Made by a program: the position numbers and the translations under genes
Origin: Obrimoposthia wandeli
Lineage: Eukaryota
Assembly: GCA_977020255.1 (NCBI GenBank)
Contig: CDROCS010006580.1
Span: forward strand, 1-64,000
DNA length: 64,000 nucleotides
Direction: 5' to 3'
The notes under the pieces: model-generated
The model's database searches: none
What the model was told of the DNA's origin: nothing
What the model saw: the letters and a program-made list of their open reading frames with translations, nothing else
In this document: positions 1 to 11,743 of the stretch, piece by piece
Layout: every line of letters begins with the position of its first letter
Numbering within the stretch: the stretch's first letter is position 1

Positions 1-818
1 GTTAACAAACCGTTAGTTAACATGTGTTTCTTGTGCCTGTCATAAAAGTACTGAGCACTGGGACCTCAGGTAGAGGAGTATATCAATATTAGGTGGATGG
101 AATCATTAGGGGTATGTGAGTTTATATAATTAAGTAAATAATTTAATATCGGCTTTTAACAATTTTGAAATACAAAATAGACTTAAAGTAATCAGTCTTA
201 ATGATTACAAGTGGGTGACTCTTGTCAATTTCGAAATGTTTACCTTGGGGAGTATTCGATGTCTTCTCCTCCTATTTCATTCACTTGAGCTTCTATCGGA
301 GTTGAATCTCAGTTTTCAAAAAAGTATCCTCAGCGTCTGAATTTCGTCTTTCAATTTTATTTGATATTTCCCTCACTCCCTCTTTTTTGTATTTCCAACC
401 TGTCAATAGTATTCAATGGATTATGGATTTTACATTTCTCATGACTCAAGTCGCACACTACCTCAGATTTACTGGTTTTGCTTTACAATGTTGATTCCCC
501 ATGATTCTGTGCTTCCATAGCATTCCTCTACCCCTTGCTGCATCAAGTTGACACCGCAGCTAACCAGTTCTGCTAGTCAGCCCCACATCACTTGACTTCC
601 AAGGTCATCTGAGGCAACCTGAGTTTGATGAACTCATTCATTGGGTTAATTAATTTACCACCACATATCTGTATTTTTGGTTGAATTTTGTATTTGAAAA
701 TTTAGTTTGATATATAATTTTTTTTCATTTGGCACACAAAATTTACCTTTAGGAAGGACTTCAAATTACAACAATTTATTTAACTACAAAATTTATTTGT
801 ACATTTCTGGACCTCACA

Positions 819-1720
819 AGTAGGTAGAAGGATGGAGTCTGAACCACTTGACCCCCGAAAGGGTGACATACCATAAGGATGTCTCGCCACACCATAAGGT
901 ATATATTTGCCTCACCTTCGGTGACCCAACGCCTACCCTTATGTATGGCAAAATTACCCACTTATGGTATGACACTGCTAGAAGGAAGGCAGGAGGCAGG
1001 AGGCAGGGAGGGAGGGAGGTCAAGTGATCTAGACTCCACCCTTCTGCGGCTATAATCTATGGTTGTCCATAATTCAAAGGGTCAAGTGGTCTGATCTCCC
1101 ACCCCTTCTTTTTGTGATATACCACTATGAAGGGTCAATTGAGAAGCCAGTCTCCACCCCTTCTTTTTGAGAATCTCTCCATATAGAGAAGGGTCAATTG
1201 GCTTAGTCTCCACTCTTCTTTTTGAGATATACCACTGTAAGAGGTCAATTGGCTTAGTCTCCACCCTTCTTTTTGAGATATACCACTATGAAAGGGTCAA
1301 TTGGCTTAGTCTCCACCCTTCTTTTAGTGATCTCGTCTCACCCTTCTTTTGGTGATCCCTAGTCTCCACCCTTCTTTTTAGTGATCCCCAAGTCTCACCC
1401 CTTCTTTTTTGTGGTCTAGTCTCCACCCTTCTTTTTGAGATATACCACTATGAGAGAAAAGGATCAAGTGGCTTAGTCTCCACCCTTCTTTTTGTGATCT
1501 AGTCCATAATGAGAAAATTTAGGATAAAGTTCACGCACACCAGTCAGAATGTATGACGTAATCATACACACACTATTCTATGTAATTTAGGCTAAGTTCA
1601 CTCTTATAAGTTAATGAATGTATTACATGTCCACACACATACTATTTTATGTGAAATTTAGATAAAAGTTTTCCTAGGCTTTCCTGATATAAATTATGAT
1701 AAAATTTCTTTAAATAACTT
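819..1720 (+). repeat. Polinton terminal inverted repeat, right-end (PolB-side) variant
   Basis: Collinear with the reverse complement of 39650-40738: terminus, CACCATAAGG motifs, purine/G tract, GGTCAA(G/T)TGGCTTAG(A/T)CTCCA motif, GGTTGTCCATAATTCAAAGGGTCAAG, then inner ACACACTATTCTATGTG units. Confidence 0.85.
1077..1500 (+). repeat. Minisatellite of ~51-bp units followed by ~27-30-bp sub-units
   Basis: Unit approx AAGGGTCAATTGGCTTAGTCTCCACCCTTCTTTTTGAGATATACCACTATG. The ORF at 1167-1355 shows the matching 17-aa periodicity. Confidence 0.9.
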
Positions 1721-1749
1721 CAATTATATATTAAAATAAAAATAAAAAT

Positions 1750-1869
1750 GAAGAAAGTGAGAGAATAATACAAATTAAACACATTTATTATGTAATTTCA
1801 TAATATCATCATCAAACTTAAGTGAATAACATTTTACAAAGTAGAAAGTCCATTCTTTTATACATTCTT
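1750..1869 (-). pseudogene. POLB: pPolB 3'-end fragment with internal deletion (left-arm copy)
   Basis: Reverse complement of 15001-15130; matches 39294-39356 joined to 39581-39645. Confidence 0.85.
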
Positions 1870-1957
1870 TCGTTTCAACATGACTAAGTTACAACAAGGA
1901 ATTAATAGAAAATTAGTAAAAATATTAATTTATTTGAATATTTGAATGAGAGTTTGA

Positions 1958-4900
1958 AGTGTCGATAGTTTGATTGAATGCAAGTGTAATTTAGACTATA
2001 AGTAAATTAAAATAGAGTTTTGTTGAATAAATTATAGTTAGATTGAATACAAGTATGACGAGCAAGTGATTGATAGTTTGAATTTTCAATATTACAAGTA
2101 AATTAAGGTTTAACAAGCGAATGTAATTTTAAAAATAAAGAGTGTCGATAGTTTGAATCGAGACAAGTGTAATGTAGTCTATAAGTAAATTAAAATAGAG
2201 TTTTTGTTGAATAAATTATAGTTAGATTGAATGCAAGTATGACGAGCAAGTGATTGATAGTATGAATTTCAATACAAGTAAATTAGGTTTAGCAAGTGAA
2301 TGTAATTTTAAAAAATAAGAGTGTCGATAGTTTGATTGAATGCAAAGTGTATTTAGACTATAAGTAAATTAAAATAGAGTTTTTTGTTGAATAAATTATA
2401 GTTAGATTGAATGCAAATTATGACGAGCAAGTGATTGATAGTTTGAATTTTCAATACAAGTAGAATTAGGTTTAACAAGCAGATGTAATTTTAAAAAATA
2501 AAATTATTAATCGATAGTTTGATTGAATGCAAGTGTAATTTAGACTATAAGTAGAATTAAAATAGGGTTTTATTTGAATAAATTATGAATTTAGATTAGA
2601 TACAAGTATGACGAGCAAGTGATTGATAGTTTGAATTTTCAATACAAGTAGAGTAAGGTTTAACAAGTGAATGTAATTTTAAAAATAAAGTGTCGATAGT
2701 TTGATTGAATGCAAGTGTAATTTAGACTATAAGTAAATTAAATAGAGTTTTGTTGAATAAATTATAGTTAGATTGAATGCAAATTATGACGAGCAAGTGA
2801 TTGATAGTTTGAATTTTTCAATACAAAGTAAGTGGAGTTTAACAAGTGAATGTAATTTTAAAAATAAGAGTGTCGATATTTTGATTGAATGCAAGTGTAA
2901 TTTAGACTATAAGTAAATTAAAATAGAGTTTTTGTTGAATAAATTATAGTTAGATTGAATGCAAGTATGACGAGCAAGTGATTGATAGTTTGAATTTTCA
3001 ATACAAGTAAGTGGGTTTAACAAGTGAATGTAATTTAAAATAAGGTGTCGATTTTTGATTGAATGCAAGTGTAATTTAGACTATAAGTAAATTAAAATAG
3101 AGTTTTTGTTGAATAAATTATAGTTAGATTGAATGCAAGTACTTATGACGAGCAAGTGATTGATAGTATGAATTTCAATACAAGTAAATTAAGGTTTAGC
3201 AAGTGAATGTAATTTTAAAAATAAGAGTGTCGATAGTTTGATTGAATGCAAGTGTAATTTAGACTATAAGTAGAATTAAAATAGAGTTTTGTTGAATAAA
3301 TTATAGTTAGATTGAATGCAAGTATGACGAACAAGTGATTGATAGTTTGAATTTTCAATACAAGTAAAGTGGGTTTAACAAGTAGATATAATTTTAAAAA
3401 TAAGAGTATCGATAGTTTGGATTGAATGCAAATTAATAATTTAGACTAAAGTAAATTAAAATAGAGTTTTTTGTTGAATAAATTATAGTTAGATTGAATG
3501 CAAGTATGACGAGCAAGTGATTGATAGTATGAATTTCAATGTACAAGTAAAAATTAAGGTTTAGCAAGTGAGATGTAATTTTTAAAAATAAGAGTGTCGA
3601 TAGTTTGATTGAATGTAAGTGTAATTTAGACTATAAGTAAATTAAAATAGAGTTTTTGTTGAATAAATTATAGTTAGATTGAATGCAAGTATGACGAGCA
3701 AGTGATTGATAGTTTGAATTTTCAATACAAGTAAGTGGGTTTAACAAGTGAATGTAATTTTAAAAGTAAGAGTGTCGATAGTTTGATTGAATGCAAATTC
3801 GCCAATTTAGACTATATAAGTAAATTAAAATAGAGTTTTTGTTGAATAAATTATAGTTAGATTGAATGCAAGTATGACGAGCAAGTGATTGATAGTTTGA
3901 ATTTCAATACAAGTAGATGGGTTTATCAAGAGAATATAATTCTAAAAATAAAGTGTCGATAAGTTTTGATTGAAATGCAAATTATAATTTAGACTATAAG
4001 TAAATTAAAATAGAAGTTTTGTTGAATAAATTATAGTTAGATTGAATGCAAGTATGACGAGCAAGTGATTGATAGTATGAATTTCAATACAAGTAAGTGG
4101 GTTTAACAAGTGAATGTAATTTTAAAAATAAGAGTGTCGATAGTTTGATTGAATGCAAGTGTAATTTAGACTATAAGTAAATTAAAATAGAGTTTTTGTT
4201 GAATAAATTATAGTTAGATTGAATGCAAGTATGACGAGCAAGTGATTGATAGTTTGAATTTTCAATACAGTAGTGGGTTTAACATGTAGAATGTAATTTT
4301 AAAAAATAAAATTAGCCGATAGTTTGATTGAATGCAAGTGTAATTTAGACTATAAGTAAATTAAAATAGAGTTTTTGTTGAATAAATTATAGTTAGATTG
4401 AATACGAGTATGACGAGCAAGTGATTGATAGTATGAATTTCAATACAAGTAAGTGGGTTTAACAAGTGAATGTAATTTTAAAAATAAGAGTGTCGATAGT
4501 TTGATTGAATGCAAGTGTAATTTAGACTATAAGTAAATTAAAATAGAGTTTTTTGTTGAAAAAATTATATTAAGATGGAATCCAAGTATGACGAGCAAGT
4601 GATTGATAGTTTGAATTTTCAATACAAGTAAGTGGGTTTAACAAGTGAATGTAATTTTAAAAATAAGAGTGTCGATAGTTTGATTGAATGCAAGTGTAAT
4701 TTAGACTATAAGTAAATTAAAATAGAGTTTTTGTTGAATAAATTATAGTTAGATTGAATGCAAGTATGACGAGCAAGTGATTGATAGTTTGAATTTTCAA
4801 TACAAGTAAAGTGGGTTTAACAAGTGAATGTAATTTTAAAAATAAAGAGTGTCGATAGTTTGATTGAATGCAAGTGTAATTTAGACTATAAAGTAAATTA

Positions 4901-7900
4901 AAATGAGTTTTTGTTGAATAAATTATAGTTAAGATTGAATGCAAGTATGACGAGCAAGTGATTGATAGTATGAATTTCAATACAAGTAAGTGGAGTTTAG
5001 CAAGTGGATGTAATATTAAAAAAAATAAGAGTGTCGATAGTTTGATTGAATGCAAGTGTAATTTAGACTATAAGTAAATTAAAATAGAGTTTTGTTGGAA
5101 TAAAATTATAGTTAGATTGAATGCAAATTATGACGAGCAAGTGATTGATGGTTTGATTTTTCAATACAAGTGAAGTGGGTTTAACAAGTGAATGTAATTT
5201 TAAAAAATAAAGAGTGTCGATAGTTTGATTGAATGCAAAGTGTAATTTAGACTATAAAGTAAGAATTAAAATAGAGTTTTTGTTGAATAAATTATGGTTA
5301 GATTGAATGCAAGTATGACAGGCAAGTGATTGATAGTATGAATTTCAATACAAGTAAGTGGGTTTAGCAGAGTAGATGTAATTTTAAAAATAAGAGTGTC
5401 GATAAGTTTTTAGTTGAATGCAAGTGTAATTTAGACTATAAGTAAATTAAAATAGAGTTTTTGTTGGATAAATTATAGTTAGATTGAATACAAGTATGAC
5501 AGGCAAGTGATTGATAGTTTTCAATACAAGTAAAATTAGGTTTAACAAGTGAATGTAATTTTAAAATAAAAGTGTCGATAAGTTTGATTGAATGCAAGTG
5601 TAATTTAGACTATAAGTAAATTAAAATAGAGTTTTTTGTTGAATAAATTATAGTTAGATTGAATGCAAGTATGACGAGCAAGTGATTGATAGTTTGAATT
5701 TTCAATACAAGTAAGTGGAGTTTAACAAGTGAATGTAATTTTTAAAAATAAAATTGTCGATAGTTTGATTGAATGCAAGTGTAATTTAGACTATAAGTAG
5801 AATTAAAATAGAGTTTTGTTGAATAAATTATATAGTTAGATTGAATGCAAGTATGACAAACATTGATGATTGATAGTATGAATTTCAATACAAGTAAGTG
5901 TGGTTTATGAAGTGAATGTAATTTTAAAAATAAGAGTGTCGATAGTTTGATTGAATGCAAGTGTAATTTAGACTATAAGTAAATTAAATTAAGTTTTTGT
6001 TGAATAAATTATAGTTAGATTGAATACCAAGTATGACGAGCAAGTGATTGATAGTTTGAATTTTCAATACAAGTAAATTAGGTTTAACAAGTGAATGTAA
6101 TTTTAAAAAATAAGAGTGTCGATAGTTTGATTGAATGCAAAGTGTAATTTAGACTATAAATATAATTTAAAATAGAGTTTTTTGTTGAATAAATTATAGT
6201 TAGATTGAATGCAAGTATGACGAGCAAGTGATTGATAGTATGAATTTCAATACAAGTAAATAGGTTTAGCAAGAGAATGTAATTTTAGAAATAAGCGAGT
6301 CGATAGTATGATTGAATACAAGTGTAATTTAGACTATAAAGTAAATTAAAATAGAGTTTTTGTTGAATAAAATTATAATTTAGATTGAATGCCATTATGA
6401 CGAGCAAGTGATTGATAGTTTGAATTTTCAATACAAGTAAAATTAAGGTTTAACAAGTGAATGTAATTTTAAAAATAAGAGTGTCGATAGTTTGATTGAA
6501 TGCAAGTGTAATTTAGACTATAAGTAAATTAAAATAGAGTTTTTGTTGAATAAATTATAGTTAGATTGAATGAAAGTATGACGAGCAAGTGATTGATAGT
6601 TTGAATTTTCAATACAAGTAAATTAAGGTTTTAACAAGTGAATGTAATTTTAAAAATAAGAGTGTCGATAGTTTGATTGAATGAGAGTGTAATTTAGACT
6701 ATAAGTAAATTAAAATAGAGTTTTTGTTGAATAAATTATAGTTAGATTGAATGCAAGTATGACGAGCAAGTGATTGATAGTATGAATTTCAATACAAGTA
6801 AGTGGGTTTAGCAAGTGAATGTAATTTTAAAAATAAGAGTGTCGATAGTTTGATTGAATGCAAGTGTAATTTAGACTATAAGTAAATTAAAATAGAGTTT
6901 TTGTTGAATAAATTGATTAGATTGAATGAAGTATGACGAGCAAGTGATTGATAGTTTGGATTTTCAATACAAGTAAGTGGGGTTTACAAGTGGATTTAAT
7001 TTTAAAAAATAAGAGTGTCGATAGTTTTGATTGAATGCAAGTGTAATTTAGACTATAAGTAAATTAAAATAGAGTTTTTGTTGAATAAATTATAGTTGAT
7101 TGAATGCAGAATTATGACGAGCAAGTGATTGATAGTATGAATTTCAATACAAGTAAGTGGGTTTAGCAAGTGAATGTAATTTTAAAAATAAGAGTGTCGA
7201 TAGTTTGATTGAATGCAAGGTAATTTAGACTATTATTAAATTAAAATATAATTTTTGTTTAATAAATTATATATAGATTGAATACCAGTACTTGTGAGCA
7301 AGTGATTGATAGTTTGAATTTTCAATACAAGTAGAGTGGGTTTAACAAGTGAATGTAATTTTTAAAAAATAAGAGTGTCGATAGTTTGATTGAATGCAAG
7401 TGTAATTTTAGACTATAGAGTAAAATTAAAATAGAGTTTTTGTTGAATAAATTATAGTTAGATTGAATGCAAGTATGACGAGCAAGTGATTGATAGTACA
7501 ATTTCAATATTTAAAGTAAAGTGGGTTTAGCAAGTGAATGTAATTTTAAAAATAAGAATGTCGATAGTTTGATTGAATACAAGTGTAATTTTAGACTATA
7601 AGTAAATTAAAATAGAGTTTTTTGTTGAATAAATTATAGTTAGATTGAATAAATTATGACGAGCAAGTGATTGATAGTATGAATTTCAATACAAAGTAAG
7701 TGGGTTTTAGCAAGTGAATGTAATTTTTAAAAATAAGAGTGTAGATAGTTTGATTGAATGCAAGTGTAATTTAGACTATAAGTAAATTAAAATAGAGTAT
7801 TTGTTTAATAAATTATAGATTGATTGAATGCAAGTATGACGTGCATGTAATTGATAGTTTGAATTTTTCAATACAAGTAAGTGGAGTTTAACAAGTGAAT

Positions 7901-8145
7901 ATAATTTTAAAAATAAAATTAATCGATATTTTGATTGAATGCAAGTGTAATTTAGACTATAAGTAAATTAAAATAGAGTTTTTGTTGAATAAATTATAGT
8001 TAGATTGAATGCAAGTATGACGAGCAAGTGAGTGATAGTTTGAATTTTCAATACAAGTAAGTGGGTTTAGCAAGTGAATGTAATTTAAAAAATAAGAGTG
8101 TCGATAGTTTGATTGAATGCAAGTGTAATTTAGACTATAAGTAAA
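1958..8145 (+). repeat. ~180-bp satellite array (sat1), about 34 monomers
   Basis: Monomer begins GTGTCGATAGTTTGATTGAATGCAAGTGTAATTTAGACTATAAGTAAATTAAAATAGAG and recurs about every 180 bp (e.g. near 4135, 4315, 4495, 4675). Confidence 0.97.
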
Positions 8146-9935
8146 TATTATGCATATATTAACTTTAATATGTTGTAACTTATTACTTTAATATAATTTT
8201 CAACAAAAACTTCAAGTAGTTTACTTATTAATCATAAGTTTAATGTTTTGTACAATAAATTGACTTGTAAACATAATTTATTTTGATATATTTTCAATTT
8301 AATATGTTGTAAGTTATTACTTTAATATAATTTACAACAAAAACTTCAAGTAGTTTACTTATTAAACATAAGTTTAATGTTTTGTACAATAAATTGACTT
8401 GTAAACATAATTTATTTTGATATATTTTCTATTTAAACTCTATTTGTAGTTATTGCTTTAATATAATTTACAACAAAAAAACTTAAGTAATTTACTTGTA
8501 AGCTACAATATTTATTTGTTGTTGTATATATTTAGTTTAAAATGTTGTAAGTTATTACTTTAATATAATTTCAACAAAAACTTCAAGTAGTATACTTATT
8601 AAACATAAGTTTAATGTTTTGTACAATAAATTGACTTGTAAACATAATTTATTTTGATAATTTTTTCAAATTTAATATGTTGTAAGTTATTACTTTAATA
8701 TAATTTAACAAAAACTTCAAATGGTTACTTATATTAAACATAAGTTTAATGTTTTGTACAATAAATTGACTTATGTAAACATAATTTTTTTGATATATTT
8801 TTTCAATTAATATGTTGTAAGTTATTACTTTAATATAATTTACAACAAAAACTTCCAAGTAATTACTTGTAAACTACAATATTTATTTGTTGTTGTATAT
8901 ATTTAGTTTAAAATGTTGTAAGTTATTACTTTAATATAATTTTCAACAAAACTTCAAGTAGTATACTTATTAAACATAAGTTTAATGTTTTGTACAATAA
9001 ATTGACATGTAAACATAATTTATTTTGATATATTTTCCATTTAATATGTTGTAAGTTATTACTTTAATATAATTTACAACAAAAACTTCAAATAGTTTAC
9101 TTATTAAACATAAGTTTAATGTTTCTTGTCAGTGACTTATAACATAATTTCAATTTAATTGTGAAGTTATATATTTTCAATTTAATATGTTGTAAGTTAT
9201 TACTTCATATAATTTACAACAAAACTTCCAAATAATTTACTTATAAACTACAATATTTATTGTTATTTGTATATATATTTTAGTTTAAAATATTTGTAAG
9301 TTATTACTTTAATATAATTTACAACAAAAACTTCAAGTAGTTTACTTATTAAACATAAGTTTAATGTTTTTGTACAATAAATTGACTTGTAAACATAATT
9401 TATTTTGATATATTTCAATTTAATATATTTGTAAGTTATTACTTTAATATAATTTACAACAAAAACTTCAAATAATTTACTTGTAACCTACAATATTTAT
9501 TTGTTGTTGTATATATTTAGTTTAAAATGTTTACTAAGTTATTACTTTAATATAATTTTCAACAAAAACTTCCAAGTAGTTTACTTATTAAACATAAGTT
9601 TAATGTTTTGTACAATAAATTGACTTGTAAAACATAATTTATTTTGATATATTTTCAATTTAATATGTTGTAGTTATTACTTTAACAATTTACAACCAAA
9701 AACTTCAAATGGTTGCTTATTAAACATAAGTTTAATGTTTTGTACAATAAATTGACTTGTAAACATAATTTATTTTGGTATATTTTCAATTTAATATATT
9801 TGTAAGTTATTACTTTAATATAATTTACAACAAAAACTTCAAGTAATTTACTTGTAAATTACAATATTTATTGTTGTTGTTGTATATATTCAGTTTAAAA
9901 TGTTTGTAAGTTAATACTTTAATATAATTTACAAA
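8146..9935 (-). repeat. Second satellite (sat2): ~134-bp and ~101-bp units, left-arm orientation
   Basis: Repeated AATATGTTGTAAGTTATTACTTTAATATAATTTACAACAAAAACTTCAAGTA followed by one of two alternative tails. Confidence 0.95.
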
Positions 9936-10029
9936 TATCGTAACAACCAAGTTAACTTACCAGATAACTGTGTAGTTAAGGTTATTTATCATTTAGTCTG
10001 AAACAATGAATACCGTCATAATCTACAAT

Positions 10030-11450
10030 GCACGTATAATTTTAATTGTCAACTACAGTAAACTATAATTACTCTTTGTGTACAGTAATAATTTCAATAT
10101 ATTAAAGTAAACATTTACAAAATATAATCTGTTTACAAGTCAATTTTATCTAACCTAAATCCTTAAATTATGACGTTAATAAGTATGAGCTACACTTGAA
10201 GTTTTGTTGATTTGTAAATATATTATGTTTACAATTTATCGTACAAATCATTAATATTATGATTATTAAGTAAACTATTTGAAGTTTTGGTTGTAAATTA
10301 TATTAAAGTAATAACTTACAACATATTAAAGTGAATATATGCAAAATTATATTATGTTTACAAGTCAATTTTCGAATGTCTAGTAAACAAAATTAAATAA
10401 CTCGAAAAAGCATTTACTATTCGAAATAATAAACTTAATAGTACTTTATATTTGAAATTTATGTTATATGCAGTGGGCGGGGTACAGCAACTAACTTTAT
10501 AATTAAAATATTTTTATAGTTTAAGGTTAAATATATACAACAACAAATAAATATTGTAGTTTACAAGTAAATTACTTGAAGTTTTTGTTGTAAATTATAT
10601 TAAAGTAATAACTTACAACATATTAAATAGAAAATATATCAAAATAAATTATGTTTACAAGTCAATTTATTGTACAAAACATTAAACTTATGTTTAATAA
10701 GTAAACTACTTGAAGTTTTTGTTGTAAATTATATTAAAGTAATAACTTACAACATATTAAATTGAAAATATATCAAAATAAATTATGTTTACAAGTCAAT
10801 TTATTGTACAAAACATTAAACTTATGTTTAATAAGTAAACTACTTGAAGTTTTTTTGTTGAAATTATATTAAAGTAATAACTTACAACATTTTAAACTAA
10901 ATATATACAACAACAAATAAATATTGTAGTTTACAAGTAAATTACTTGAAGTTTTTGTTGTAAATTATATTAAAGTAATAACTTACAACATATTAAATAG
11001 AAAATATATCAAAATAAATTATGTTTACAAGTCAATTTATTGTACAAAACATTAAACTTATGTTTAATAAGTAAACTACTTGAAGTTTTTGTTGTAAATT
11101 ATATTAAAGTAATAACTTACAACATATTAAATTGAAAATATATCAAAATAAATTATGTTTACAAGTCAATTTATTGTACAAAACATTAAACTTATGATTA
11201 ATAAGTAAACTACTTGAAGTTTTTGTTGAAAATTATATTAAAATAATAAGTTACAACATATTAAAGTTAATATATGCATAAATATATTATGTTTACAAGT
11301 CAATTTATTGTACAAAACATTAAACTTATGTTTAATAAGTAAACTACTTGAAGTTTTTGTTGAAAATTATATTAAAGTTATAACTTACAACATTTTAAAC
11401 TAAATATATACAACAACAAATAAATATTGTAGTTTACAAGTAAATTTTTG
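10030..11450 (+). repeat. sat2 array in inverted orientation (right arm)
   Basis: Reverse complement of the 8146-9935 units; 10541-10909 is repeated almost exactly by the next ~369 bp. Confidence 0.93.
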
Positions 11451-11743
11451 AATGTCTAGTAAACAAAATTAAATAACTCGAAAAAACATTTACTATTCGA
11501 AATAATAAACTTAATAATACTTTATATTTGAAATTTATGTTATATGCAGTGGGCGGGGTACATCAAATAACTTTATAATTAAAATATTTTTATAGTTAAA
11601 GGTTAAAATCACTTGATAAAAACCACAATAATGTGATAAAGAATATTATTTAACATATAAAATGAATTTTTGAAGAAATAAATTGAATATTCATATTATA
11701 TTAAACGGACAATGGCAAAAAAAAAAATATCAAGTAATTTAAA

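Noticed and set aside
776-1355. Short ORFs overlapping the first TIR
   Set aside because: They are by-products of TIR and minisatellite sequence, with no recognisable motifs.
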